Source of the DNA: Oscillospiraceae bacterium
GTDB taxonomy: Bacteria > Bacillota > Clostridia > Oscillospirales > Ruminococcaceae
NCBI GenBank assembly: GCA_045600205.1
Contig: JAZRXM010000029.1
Coordinates: 58,911 to 122,910 of the forward strand
Direction of reading: 5' to 3'
DNA: 64,000 nt
Shown: piece by piece, positions 36,186 through 46,356 of the stretch
Layout of the letters: each line of letters begins with the position of its first letter
Numbering within the stretch: the first letter of the stretch is position 1
Notes under the pieces: model-generated
What the model was told of the DNA's origin: nothing
The model's database searches: none
Seen by the model: the letters and a program-made list of their open reading frames with translations, nothing else
Made by a program: the position numbers and the translations under genes

Positions 36186-37691
36186 TTAGTAGCCGTAAGC
36201 GTTTTGCTGTGCCATGTAGTAGTCGTAGTAGCTCTGCTGTGTTGCAGCCATGTAGCCCATGACGTCCACATCCAGCACGTTATAGCGGTTGAATGCTTTT
36301 TCGTTGCGCGACATCGAAAGCTGCTTGCCGTTTTCGGTCATTGTGTCCATGAATTTCTCGTGATAGAGGTTGTAGCAGACATTGTACCTGATATCCTCTG
36401 TCCAGAGGTCATCTTCGGTCATACGGTCCTTGATGTCCATCTTCATGACAACGTAGTAGGCTTCCTCATCCTTGATGAGAGTAGGCTTCAAGAGCGGTGT
36501 TGCGCTGTCTGCGAGGTATTTATAGACAGCTTCACAGGGCGTATAGCTGACTGTGTCGGTTTCGGTAGATTCGGTCGGTTCAGCAGGAGCAGTGGAAACT
36601 GAGAGGATTTCCTCGTTGCTGACATCGTAGCCGACAGTCGGGGTGACTGCCGTAGTTGTTGTGGTGGTATTGCCTGTGGTTTCGGAATCGCCTGTGGTAC
36701 CGCCCGTGACAGGAGCAGTAGTTTCGCCTGTCGTATCGGTCACGACCGTGGTGGTTGTTGTGGTGGTATTGCCTGCATCTGCAACCACGGTGGTAGCTGC
36801 TGCATTTTCGTCAGAAACTGTGGTGCCGGGGGCGGTAGTTTCCTCCATTGTGGTGACCTTTGCGGTGGTCGGCGTGGTAATGGTCTGACCGTTTTCATCG
36901 GTGGTGGTAACGGCAGCCTCGGAAACGGAGGTGATGTACGCCTTGTTTTCCTCGATGAGGTAATCAAATTCCTTCATCAGTTCGGCTTCGTTGCCGGATT
37001 TTTTCTCCAGACGCTTGAGAAAGTCGTTTGCCATATTCTCAATGACCTGTTTGCCGTCGGATTTGAGCAGGTTGCCCTCGCCGTCTTTCAGCGGCATCTC
37101 AATGTACTTGGTACGCAGATGATTTTTGATGTAATCATCGCGGAGTTCCTCATCGGTGATGCCTTCGGAGCCGTCCTCGCCGTAGTATGCGTCATAGATC
37201 GCATTTTCCTTATAGGAAAGGGTGAGGATCTCCTTGATGGACTTGTCGCCGATACCGTTTTCCTTGAAGAATTGACCGTAGTACACTTTGCTGGATTCCA
37301 CTGCGGAGTCAATGCTGGCAAGCTCGCTGCCTGTCAGGGAAAGCTTGAGGTTGTCGAATTCCTTGTTTACGGCAACGTAAGCCTGGCAGTATTCTACGGC
37401 CTTGTTCTCGATCCACTGGGAAGCCTGTACATTGTCGATCATGGAAGATTTCATGATTTTCTTGACGTCCTTCGTGGTTTCGCAGTCCTTGAAGGTATCT
37501 GCAACGTCACTGTTGATGGCATCCATTGCATCGGAATAAGCAGTTGCAACGTAATAAAGGTAGATGCCGGCGGGAACATCCTTGCCGTCAATGGTCATTG
37601 CAACGCCGGTTTTTTCTCCGCAGGCGGTGCAGGTTGTGAGTACGGTGCAGGCGGTCAGAATGCCTGCAAGCGCACGTTTCAGCAGGTTCAT
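36186..37691 (-). CDS. Putative lipoprotein with a Thr-rich low-complexity linker (SurA/PrsA N-terminal-like chaperone domain is possible)
   Basis: MNLLKRALAGILTACTVLTTCTACGEK (signal peptide plus Cys) and a long TTTTT/ETT linker. The function is not assignable by eye. Confidence 0.7.
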   Translation of the reverse strand: MNLLKRALAGILTACTVLTTCTACGEKTGVAMTIDGKDVPAGIYLYYVATAYSDAMDAINSDVADTFKDCETTKDVKKIMKSSMIDNVQASQWIENKAVEYCQAYVAVNKEFDNLKLSLTGSELASIDSAVESSKVYYGQFFKENGIGDKSIKEILTLSYKENAIYDAYYGEDGSEGITDEELRDDYIKNHLRTKYIEMPLKDGEGNLLKSDGKQVIENMANDFLKRLEKKSGNEAELMKEFDYLIEENKAYITSVSEAAVTTTDENGQTITTPTTAKVTTMEETTAPGTTVSDENAAATTVVADAGNTTTTTTTVVTDTTGETTAPVTGGTTGDSETTGNTTTTTTAVTPTVGYDVSNEEILSVSTAPAEPTESTETDTVSYTPCEAVYKYLADSATPLLKPTLIKDEEAYYVVMKMDIKDRMTEDDLWTEDIRYNVCYNLYHEKFMDTMTENGKQLSMSRNEKAFNRYNVLDVDVMGYMAATQQSYYDYYMAQQNAYGY

Positions 37692-37840
37692 GGGAACAAA
37701 AAGCCTCCTTTGAATTTTGAAAAAAATCAATACTAGTCTATTATACATGATATTTTTGAAAATGGCAAGGGGTTTTGAAAAAAAATCCTACTTTCACGAA
37801 ATTTTCATTTGCGGAGATGATTTTCGGTATCTGCTGCGGA

Positions 37841-37847
37841 TTCGACA
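37841..37847 (+). promoter_or_regulatory. Candidate Spo0A box (TTCGACA, reverse complement of TGTCGAA) upstream of spoIIE
   Basis: An exact 7-mer lies 80 nt upstream of the spoIIE ATG. A second one-mismatch copy, TGTCAAA, is at 37884-37890. Confidence 0.3.
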
Positions 37848-37926
37848 AAATTTGCGCATCTGCTGTGGTATTCTTTTCTTGTATGTCAAATTTGGAAAGC
37901 GCATTTGCGCGGAAAGAGGAAGAATT

Positions 37927-40155
37927 ATGCTGCAATCAGAACGGAATCATGGAAGATCTCAATTGGATAGTACCATCGGAATCTGCCTGTGTACGGCGTT
38001 TTCGTGTATGCTGGCGGCGGCGGAGCCGTGTGGGTTTCTGCTGCCGTTGCCGACGGCTCTTGCTGCCTGTCTGCCGCCGCTTTACGCACTTGCGGCACTT
38101 GCGGGTTGCTTGCTGGTCTATTTTCTGACGGGCATTGCGATGAAGATGCCGATTTTGATTTGTGCGGCAGTTCTGGCGACGCTTGCGCGGTTCGTGCTGA
38201 ATGAGCGGACTGCCCCGTGGATCGCGGCGGCGGTTGCAGGGGGTACGACCTTGGTTTCTGCGGTGATGTTTGGAGCGGCAGGACTACTGCACGGTCGGGA
38301 GTGGCTGCTGTGGGGCATTGCTTCTGTTGTGACGGCGTTGCTGGGTTTTTGCGGGGCAAGGGTACGGCTTGGCTGCACGCTCGGGCTGCCGATGCGGCTG
38401 CGCGGTAAGGATGGTTTCTACTGCGGCATCTGTTATATTGCGGCGGGAGCAGCCCTTTGTTCCGCACGGATTTTTTCGGTCAGTCTGGGCGAGGTGTTGC
38501 TTGGTTTTGCGGTGCTTTCCGCTGCAAAACGCTATCATACGGTCGGCGGTATGGTTTGCGGTACTCTTTCGGCTTGCGCATTGCTTCTCAGCGAAAGCAA
38601 AACGGCGGGGCTTGCGGTCATGCTCGGGATTGGCGGCATGGCGGCGGGTGTATTCAGTGCGCAGTGCAAGGGCGTTTTGTTTGCGGGCTTTCAGAGCATT
38701 TGTGCGATTGGTCTGCTGCTGACGGAGCAGCCTGACATTGTTTTGCGCGTGTGGGTCAACATGATGATCGGCGGGGTGTTGTTTTTATTTCTGCCTGTTT
38801 CGCAGCTTGCAGACTGCCTGCTGCAATGGACGGATACCGATACGGATTTGGCGGCACTTGCCGAGGCGCGTATGGAATTTTTGTCCGATTCGATAGCGGA
38901 TGTACGCGGCAGTGCGGAGCGGATCGTCAATATGCTGACCCGTACAGAGCCGCTTTATCCGCCGAAAAAGCGTGTGCGGGAGCTGGTGTGTGCCAAATGT
39001 CGCAGCCGAAAGACCTGCTGGGAGGGCGATGCCGCCGCAGATACCAGAAGATGCTTTGAAAAACTGGCATCTGATGCAAAGGCATCTGCGCCGGAGGGCT
39101 GTTTGTCGCCGGAACGGATTACTGAGAGTTTTTACCGTGTTCGCAAGGAAAACATTCTGGCACGTACCGATGCCGCGCGTCTGCGTGATTCGCAGACGAT
39201 GCTGTTTTCGCAGATGCACATTGCCGAGGATTTGCTGCGGGATGCGGCGAAACAAGTCGGGCGGGAATACGACAGAGAGCAGTCGCGATATGTTGCGGAT
39301 ATTCTGGAACGCTTCGGAATCCCCGTGCGGGCTGCTGCCGTTTCGGGCAGACGCGGTCAGCGCATTACGATGGAATTATATTTGCGTGCGGGCGAGGAAT
39401 TAAAAGCCGAAACTGTGACAGAATACTTACAGGACATTTTGCAGCTTTCTCTGATTTGTCGTGAAACAACCATTACTCCCAAGGGTCAGCGTATGGTGCT
39501 GCAAAGTGAGGGCGGTTTCGAGATTCAGACGGCTGCGGCACAGTGCGCTGTTCACGAGGATGAACCCTGCGGAGACTGTTGGGACAGCTTTTCTGACAGT
39601 GAAGGCAATGTGTATCTGGCAATTTCCGACGGTATGGGTACGGGGCGTCATGCGGCGGTGGATTCCCGCATTGTGCTGAACAGTTTTCGGCAGTTGGTAC
39701 AATCGGGCATGGAATGCGAAAATGCCGCCCGTATGGTCAACGCCATCATGCTGACGAAATCGGGCGAAGAACGCTTTGCAACACTGGATGTAGCGAAAAT
39801 CAACACCGAAAATGCCTCTGCGGTACTATATAAGTACGGGGCGGGTCCGACTTTGCTCAAGCACGGCGACCATGTGACACTTTGTCAGGCAGCCACGCCG
39901 CCTATTGGCATTTTGCCCAAATCCGAGCCGTATTCTACCCGCTTTCAGCTGGAGGACGGCGATTTGCTGTTTTTGCTTTCGGACGGGTTGGATGATACGC
40001 TTTTTCCGTATGTGCGGCAAAAACTGCTTTCGGGAGAGAGCGTGCAGGCTTTGACCCATGCAATCTGCGCAAAAGCACAGCGTGAAGCCAAAGGTGCGCC
40101 GCAGGACGACGTTACTGTACTGGCGGCGGCTGTCTGTTCGGCGTCTGATTTTTAA
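37927..40155 (+). CDS. spoIIE: Stage II sporulation protein E (polytopic membrane PP2C phosphatase)
   Basis: The N-terminal ~330 aa are multi-TM. The C-terminal PP2C region reads CGDCWDSFSDSEGNVYLAISDGMGTGRHAAVDS ... RFATLDVAKIN ... LFLLSDGL. The ATG at 37927 follows GAAAGAGGAAG. Confidence 0.9.
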   Translation: MLQSERNHGRSQLDSTIGICLCTAFSCMLAAAEPCGFLLPLPTALAACLPPLYALAALAGCLLVYFLTGIAMKMPILICAAVLATLARFVLNERTAPWIAAAVAGGTTLVSAVMFGAAGLLHGREWLLWGIASVVTALLGFCGARVRLGCTLGLPMRLRGKDGFYCGICYIAAGAALCSARIFSVSLGEVLLGFAVLSAAKRYHTVGGMVCGTLSACALLLSESKTAGLAVMLGIGGMAAGVFSAQCKGVLFAGFQSICAIGLLLTEQPDIVLRVWVNMMIGGVLFLFLPVSQLADCLLQWTDTDTDLAALAEARMEFLSDSIADVRGSAERIVNMLTRTEPLYPPKKRVRELVCAKCRSRKTCWEGDAAADTRRCFEKLASDAKASAPEGCLSPERITESFYRVRKENILARTDAARLRDSQTMLFSQMHIAEDLLRDAAKQVGREYDREQSRYVADILERFGIPVRAAAVSGRRGQRITMELYLRAGEELKAETVTEYLQDILQLSLICRETTITPKGQRMVLQSEGGFEIQTAAAQCAVHEDEPCGDCWDSFSDSEGNVYLAISDGMGTGRHAAVDSRIVLNSFRQLVQSGMECENAARMVNAIMLTKSGEERFATLDVAKINTENASAVLYKYGAGPTLLKHGDHVTLCQAATPPIGILPKSEPYSTRFQLEDGDLLFLLSDGLDDTLFPYVRQKLLSGESVQALTHAICAKAQREAKGAPQDDVTVLAAAVCSASDF

Positions 40156-40426
40156 TGTACAGTGATAATCATCGAAAAAAAAGCGACGTTTTGATTTTCT
40201 TTGTCTGAAACGTATAAAAGATAAAGTTGAAATTGGGGAAAAAGCAGAAATTTTAGTCTTGTTTGAAGAAAGACTTGAAACATCTTGCAAGATATGTTAA
40301 AATAATCAAAGGGAAAATCAGGCAAGGCTTCCCTGTCCCTGCCCGATTCCGCACAAACCTTCAGAATAAAAGAGAAAGGACAGAGGTTCGCTTGCCCGAA
40401 AACGGCATGAACTTTGGGAAGATGAT

Positions 40427-42436
40427 ATGAAGAATATGACGCAGAATCCAGAGAAAATCACACAGCAAACGCAGGATCCCGATGCGTTCCCGCTGCACCT
40501 TTTTTATCAGGGAAAGAATTTTGAAAGCTGGCGGTTCTTTGGTGCGCACACCGTGAAACGCGGCAGAGGACAGTATACGGTGTTCCGTGTATGGGCTCCG
40601 AATGCGGTCAGCGTGTCCGTTGTTGGTGATTTTAACGAATGGAACCGCGATGTCAATCCGATGCAGAAAATTGCAGACGGTATCTGGGAAACAGAAGTGA
40701 AGAAACTTCCGCAGTATACCATCTATAAATACAGCATTCAGACCAAGGCAGGCAAAATTCAGCTCAAAAATGACCCTTACGGTCAGCATTTTGAAACCGC
40801 ACCGCAAAACGCCACGAAAATCTACGAGTCCGAATACCAATGGAAAGACAGTGCGTGGCAAAAGCAGAAACAGTCGCAGAATATCTACAAAAGTCCGATG
40901 AATGTGTACGAGGTGCATTTCGCCTCGTGGCGCACGTACCCTGACGGAAATCCGCTCAATTACGTGGAATTTGCCAAGCAAATGATCCCGTATATGAAAT
41001 CGCTGTCCTATACGCACATCGAGTTCATGCCGTTGACGGAGTATCCGTTTGACGGTTCGTGGGGCTATCAGGTCACGGGCTACTACGCACCGACTTCACG
41101 GTTCGGTACCCCCGATGACTTCCGTGCCATGATCGACGCATTTCATCAGGCGGGCATCGGCGTGATCCTCGACTGGGTGCCTGCGCACTTCCCGAAAGAT
41201 GCGCAGGGTCTTTACGAATTTGACGGTTCCTGCTGCTATGAGTACACTGATGTGCTGAAACAGGAACACAAAGGCTGGGGTACCCGCGTATTTGACTACG
41301 GTCGTGCAGAAGTGCGCTCGTTCCTGATTTCCTCCGCCTGCTACTGGCTGGATTCTTTCCATGTGGACGGTCTGCGCGTGGATGCGGTTGCCTCTATGCT
41401 TTATCTGGATTACGACCGCCGCGACGGAGAATGGCGTCCGAACATCAACGGCGGCAGAGAAAACTTAGAAGCTGTGGAATTCCTGAAGGAACTGAATCAG
41501 GAAGTATTCCGCCGCCACCCCGATGTCCTGATGATCGCAGAGGAATCGACTGCATGGCCGCTGGTCACCAAACCGACCGACATCGGCGGACTGGGCTTCA
41601 ATTTCAAGTGGAATATGGGCTGGATGAACGATATGCTTTCGTATATGTCCATGGACCCGCTGTATCGCTCGTATAATCACGAAAAACTGACGTTTTCGTT
41701 CTTCTATTGTTTCTCCGAGAATTATGTCCTGCCGATCTCTCATGATGAGATCGTACACGGCAAATGCTCCATGCTCCAGAAAATGCCCGGCACCTACGAG
41801 CAGAAATTCGCGTCTTATCGTGCATTTCTTTGCTATATGTTTGCGCATCCCGGAAAGAAACTTCTGTTCATGGGACAGGAATTCGGACAGATGAAGGAAT
41901 GGGATTACAAATCAGAACTGGATTGGCTGCTGCTCGATTATCCCGCACACAACGGTCTGCTGGAATTCTCGAAAGCACTCAATAAATTCTACAAAAACAC
42001 CCCGCCGCTCTGGCAGGATGACGATTCGTGGAAAGGTTTTTCGTGGATCAGCAATGACGACTATCGTCAGAGCGTGATTGCATTCCGCCGTATAGATGAT
42101 GACGGAAACGAACTGATCGTGGTATGTAATTTTGTACCCGTGCAGCGCGAAAATTATAAGATCGGCGTGCCGCAGGAGGGCAGTTATACACTCGTGTTTG
42201 ATTCCGATGATGTCAAGTATGGCGGAAGCGGAAAATCGCTGAAAAAGGTCAAAACCACCGATTTTGAAATGCACGGCTTTGACCAGTCTGTGACGCTGAC
42301 CCTGCCGCCGCTTTCCGTACAGTATTACCGCTATACGCCGCGCAAACCGCGTACCAAAAAGGAAACAGCGAAACCGATCGAAGCGGAGGTGACCACTTCC
42401 AAAAAGCGCGGACGTCCGAAAAAATCCGAAACCTGA
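40427..42436 (+). CDS. glgB: 1,4-alpha-glucan branching enzyme with a basic C-terminal tail
   Basis: FRVWAPNAVSVSVVGDFNEW, GYYAPTSRFGTPDDF, GIGVILDWVPAHFP, HVDGLRVDAVASMLY and the EESTAWP catalytic blocks. The tail is PRKPRTKKETAKPIEAEVTTSKKRGRPKKSET. Confidence 0.96.
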   Translation: MKNMTQNPEKITQQTQDPDAFPLHLFYQGKNFESWRFFGAHTVKRGRGQYTVFRVWAPNAVSVSVVGDFNEWNRDVNPMQKIADGIWETEVKKLPQYTIYKYSIQTKAGKIQLKNDPYGQHFETAPQNATKIYESEYQWKDSAWQKQKQSQNIYKSPMNVYEVHFASWRTYPDGNPLNYVEFAKQMIPYMKSLSYTHIEFMPLTEYPFDGSWGYQVTGYYAPTSRFGTPDDFRAMIDAFHQAGIGVILDWVPAHFPKDAQGLYEFDGSCCYEYTDVLKQEHKGWGTRVFDYGRAEVRSFLISSACYWLDSFHVDGLRVDAVASMLYLDYDRRDGEWRPNINGGRENLEAVEFLKELNQEVFRRHPDVLMIAEESTAWPLVTKPTDIGGLGFNFKWNMGWMNDMLSYMSMDPLYRSYNHEKLTFSFFYCFSENYVLPISHDEIVHGKCSMLQKMPGTYEQKFASYRAFLCYMFAHPGKKLLFMGQEFGQMKEWDYKSELDWLLLDYPAHNGLLEFSKALNKFYKNTPPLWQDDDSWKGFSWISNDDYRQSVIAFRRIDDDGNELIVVCNFVPVQRENYKIGVPQEGSYTLVFDSDDVKYGGSGKSLKKVKTTDFEMHGFDQSVTLTLPPLSVQYYRYTPRKPRTKKETAKPIEAEVTTSKKRGRPKKSET

Positions 42437-42527
42437 ATTTCAGAATGAAATTTCTATCATAACACAAACAGAATGAAATTAAAATGATGAATGTATGAAA
42501 GATTTACACGAAGGAGGCTATTTCGTA

Positions 42528-43730
42528 ATGTATATCAAAAAAGAAGTCGTTGCAATGCTGCTTGCAGGCGGTCAGGGAAGCCGTCTGTACGCCCTCACAC
42601 ATGACATGGCAAAACCTGCCGTACCGTTTGGCGGCAAATATCGTCTGATTGATTTTCCGCTTTCCAACTGCACTAATTCGGGCATTGATACCGTCGGTGT
42701 CCTGACACAGTATCAGCCTCTGGTGCTGAATGACTATATCGGCAACGGACAACCGTGGGATCTGGACAAAATGAACGGTGGTGTGCATGTTCTGCCGCCT
42801 TATGAAACTTCAGCAGGTGCTTCATGGTACGAAGGCACCGCCAATGCCATTTACCAGAACATCAGCTTTATCGAGCGTTATGACCCTGAATATGTTGTTG
42901 TTCTGGGCGGTGACCACATCTATAAAATGGACTATTCCAAAATGGTGGATTTCCATAAGGCAAACAATGCCGACCTCACCATTGCCGTACTGGATGTGCC
43001 GCTTTCGGAGGCATCCCGCCTGGGCATCATGACCTGTGACAGCGAAATGCGCATCACCGATTTTGAGGAAAAGCCGAAGGAACCGAAATCCACGCTTGCC
43101 TCCATGGGTATTTACGTCTTTACATGGTCAAAGCTCAAGAAATACCTGATCGAGAACGAAAACGCCAACACAGGCTCCAAAGATTTCGGCAAGGACATCA
43201 TTCCTGCAATGCTGAAAGCGGATGAGCGTCTGTTTGCGTACACATTTGAGGGCTACTGGAAAGATGTCGGAACACTGGAATCTCTCTGGGATGCCAATAT
43301 GGATATTCTCTCCCCGAATGTTCCGCTGGACCTTTACGACAAGGAATGGAAGATCTATTCCCGCCACGAGCATATGCCGCCGCAGTATGTCGGACCGTCC
43401 GCCGATATTCAGCGTTCCATGATCACGGAAGGCTCGATTATCAACGGAAAAGCTGATAATTCCGTGTTGTTCCGCGGTGTTACGCTGGAGGAGGGCGCCG
43501 TAGTGCGTTACAGCATCATCATGCCCGGTACCGTCATCAAGGCGGGCGCGGTCGTGGAATATGCGATCATCGGTGAAAACTGTGTCATTGAGAAAAATGC
43601 GCACATCGGCGGAAATCCTGAGGATTATCCCAACCGCGATGAGTGGAGCATTGCAGTTGTCGGACACAATATCCGCGTCAGCGAGGGCAAAGCCATCGCA
43701 CCCAAACAGATTCTCTCTGAGTCGATATAA
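42528..43730 (+). CDS. glgC: Glucose-1-phosphate adenylyltransferase
   Basis: The ATG at 42528 is 10 nt after AAGGAGG. Conserved blocks are [45 protein letters not shown]. Confidence 0.96.
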   Translation: MYIKKEVVAMLLAGGQGSRLYALTHDMAKPAVPFGGKYRLIDFPLSNCTNSGIDTVGVLTQYQPLVLNDYIGNGQPWDLDKMNGGVHVLPPYETSAGASWYEGTANAIYQNISFIERYDPEYVVVLGGDHIYKMDYSKMVDFHKANNADLTIAVLDVPLSEASRLGIMTCDSEMRITDFEEKPKEPKSTLASMGIYVFTWSKLKKYLIENENANTGSKDFGKDIIPAMLKADERLFAYTFEGYWKDVGTLESLWDANMDILSPNVPLDLYDKEWKIYSRHEHMPPQYVGPSADIQRSMITEGSIINGKADNSVLFRGVTLEEGAVVRYSIIMPGTVIKAGAVVEYAIIGENCVIEKNAHIGGNPEDYPNRDEWSIAVVGHNIRVSEGKAIAPKQILSESI

Positions 43731-43745
43731 AGGAAGGTGAACATC

Positions 43746-44870
43746 ATGAGCAATAATCAGAATATCTTGGGTCTGGTATTTGCCAGCATCCATGACGAAG
43801 CAATTTTTGACTTAACGAAACACCGCACCATGGGTTCCGTACCGTTTGGCGGACGTTACCGCCTGATTGATTTTCCGTTGTCGAATTTTGTCAATTCGGG
43901 CATTTCGCAGGTCGGCGTCATCACAAAGCGCAATTACGGTTCTCTGCTGGATCACATCGGTTCCGGTCGTGAGTGGGATCTGGCAAGAAAAATGGGCGGA
44001 TTGCATCTGCTGCCGCCGTTCAGCCATACCAGTTCCACGCTGTATAACGGCAGACTGGATGCGCTCGGGAATGTGTGGAGTTTTGTAGAGCACGCACAGG
44101 CAGATTACGTGGTGCTTTCCAACTGCGATGTTGTAACGAATATTGATTTTCGTCCCGCAATTGCCGCGCATATCAAGAGTGGCGCAGACATCACAGCGAT
44201 TTACGCAAAGGGCTATTACGACCAGACTGCGGATTCTTCCGCGACCATTTTCGGCATCGGCGGCGATGGCTTTGTCAATGATGTCATGGTAGATCCGCCC
44301 ATGACGGGCAACTGCAATCTGGGACTCGATATGTTCATTATGAGCAAGGATTTCCTGCGCAGAATCGTCAAGGAATCCATCAGCCGCGGCAGAAGCAGCC
44401 TCCGCAGAGATATTCTGCTGGATCGCACTGCCGGCTACCGTATCTATGCCTATGAGCATAAGACCTACTTTGCAAAAATCGACTCCCTGCCGAGTTATTT
44501 CAACGCTACACTGGATCTGCTTGACAAATCCAAACGCGATGCCCTCTTTACCAAAACGGCACCGATCTACACCAACACCAAGGATAATGCCCCCGTTCAC
44601 TATGGTCTGGAGGCACACATCAAGAATTCCCTCATTGCAGACGGCTGCGTCATTGAGGGCAAGGTGGAAAACTGCGTGCTGTTCCGTGGTGTCCGTATCG
44701 GAAAAGGTTCGGTGGTGCGCGACAGCATCATTACACAGGACAGTGTCATCGGCGCGCGCTGCTCCATTCGTAACGTCATTGCAGACCGCAATGTCAATAT
44801 CGCAGATGAACGTCAGTTGACAGGCTCAAAGGGCTATCCGCTGTTTATCGGGAAAGGAGCAGAAATTTGA
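43746..44870 (+). CDS. glgD: Glucose-1-phosphate adenylyltransferase subunit GlgD
   Basis: [53 protein letters not shown]. The ATG at 43746 is 8 nt after AGGAAGG; the ORF-track GTG at 43737 lies inside the RBS. Confidence 0.92.
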   Translation: MSNNQNILGLVFASIHDEAIFDLTKHRTMGSVPFGGRYRLIDFPLSNFVNSGISQVGVITKRNYGSLLDHIGSGREWDLARKMGGLHLLPPFSHTSSTLYNGRLDALGNVWSFVEHAQADYVVLSNCDVVTNIDFRPAIAAHIKSGADITAIYAKGYYDQTADSSATIFGIGGDGFVNDVMVDPPMTGNCNLGLDMFIMSKDFLRRIVKESISRGRSSLRRDILLDRTAGYRIYAYEHKTYFAKIDSLPSYFNATLDLLDKSKRDALFTKTAPIYTNTKDNAPVHYGLEAHIKNSLIADGCVIEGKVENCVLFRGVRIGKGSVVRDSIITQDSVIGARCSIRNVIADRNVNIADERQLTGSKGYPLFIGKGAEI

Positions 44871-44914
44871 GCAAGGCTGTTTCATCGGAAAAAAAGAGAA
44901 AGGGAGGCACGCAC

Positions 44915-46351
44915 ATGAATATTTTATATGCATCCAGTGAGGCAAGGCCCTATGTCGCATCAGGCGGTCTTGCTGATGTTGCGGGGGCTTTGCCTGCCGC
45001 ACTCAACGCCAAAGGTCACGATTGCCGCGTGGTTATTCCGCTCTATAAGGCAATCGGGGAGGAACTCCGCAAGGACATGAAATTCCTCACCTCGATTACC
45101 GTGGATGTCGCGTGGAGAAAGCAGTATTGCGGCATTTTCACCGCAAAATACGGCAGCGTTACCTACTATTTCATCGACAATGAGTATTACTTCAAGCGCG
45201 ACGGCATTTACGGTTTCTATGATGATTGCGAGCGATTCGTATTTTTCAGCCGCGCTATTCTGGAAATGCTCCGTGTCATTGATTTCAAGCCTGATGTGCT
45301 GCACTGTAACGACTGGCAGACCGCACTCACCCCTGTATACTACCAGATTTTCTACAAGTATCAGGAGGGCTTTGATAACATTCACACGGTCTTTACCATT
45401 CACAACATCGCATATCAGGGTGTTTATGGCAAAGAGGTCATCAACGAACTGATGGGTATTCCGATGTATCATACGAATTTGCTGGAATATGACGGCAATG
45501 TCAACATGATGAAGGGTGCCATCGAAACCGCTGATAAAATTACAACGGTCAGCCCGACCTACGCATGGGAGATTCTCGACCCGTGGTACAGTCATGGTCT
45601 TGATCGTGCTTTGAACAGCAAACAGTATAAACTGACGGGATTTTTAAACGGCATTGACGTGAACGGCTATGACCCTGCCTCCGATGAGGCACTGACTGCG
45701 CCATATGCGCATTTTGACATCAACAATATGAAAGGCAAGGCAGCCTGTAAAAAGGCTCTGCTGGAAGAACTGGGATTGCCGGAGGATGATGCACCGCTGA
45801 TCGGTATTTGCTCAAGATTTGTGGCGCACAAGGGCATTGATCTCATCCGCTATGTCTTTGAGGAAATGCTGCACGAGGGTCTGAAATTTGCGGTGCTCGG
45901 CAGCGGCGAGCGTGTTTACGAGGATTTCTTCAAGGAAATGGCATGGCGGTATCCGAAGCAGGTCAGCGTGACATTGGGCTTTATCCCGCAGCTTTCCCGC
46001 CGTATCTACGCGGGCTGCGATATGTTCCTGATGCCCTCACAGAGCGAGCCGTGCGGTCTGGCGCAAATGTACGCCATGCGTTACGGTACCATGCCGATTG
46101 TCCGTGAAACAGGCGGTCTGAAAGACTCTGTCAAGGACGCAGGCGATGCGGACGGCACAGGCTTTACATTCAAAACCTACAACGCTCATGATATGCTGGG
46201 TGCGTGTATTCGCGCAAAATCTGCATACGAGGACAAAAAACGCTGGGCGGAGATCCAAAAGAATGCGATGTCCCGTGATTTCAGCTGGGCAAATTCTGCC
46301 GAGCTGTATCTGGGACTCTATCGTGAACTGGAAAGCTGGAATCAGGTCTGA
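44915..46351 (+). CDS. glgA: Glycogen synthase (ADP-glucose type)
   Basis: MNILYASSEARPYVASGGLADVAGALP, with the ATG at 44915 after AGGGAGG, and SQSEPCGLAQMYAMRYGT. Confidence 0.96.
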   Translation: MNILYASSEARPYVASGGLADVAGALPAALNAKGHDCRVVIPLYKAIGEELRKDMKFLTSITVDVAWRKQYCGIFTAKYGSVTYYFIDNEYYFKRDGIYGFYDDCERFVFFSRAILEMLRVIDFKPDVLHCNDWQTALTPVYYQIFYKYQEGFDNIHTVFTIHNIAYQGVYGKEVINELMGIPMYHTNLLEYDGNVNMMKGAIETADKITTVSPTYAWEILDPWYSHGLDRALNSKQYKLTGFLNGIDVNGYDPASDEALTAPYAHFDINNMKGKAACKKALLEELGLPEDDAPLIGICSRFVAHKGIDLIRYVFEEMLHEGLKFAVLGSGERVYEDFFKEMAWRYPKQVSVTLGFIPQLSRRIYAGCDMFLMPSQSEPCGLAQMYAMRYGTMPIVRETGGLKDSVKDAGDADGTGFTFKTYNAHDMLGACIRAKSAYEDKKRWAEIQKNAMSRDFSWANSAELYLGLYRELESWNQV

Positions 46352-46356
46352 ATACG

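Noticed and set aside
36640-36900. Repetitive ACC/ACG/GGT-rich DNA that could look like a tandem repeat or array.
   Set aside because: It is the in-frame coding sequence of the Thr-rich linker of the lipoprotein gene on the minus strand. It has no regular repeat-spacer periodicity and is not CRISPR.
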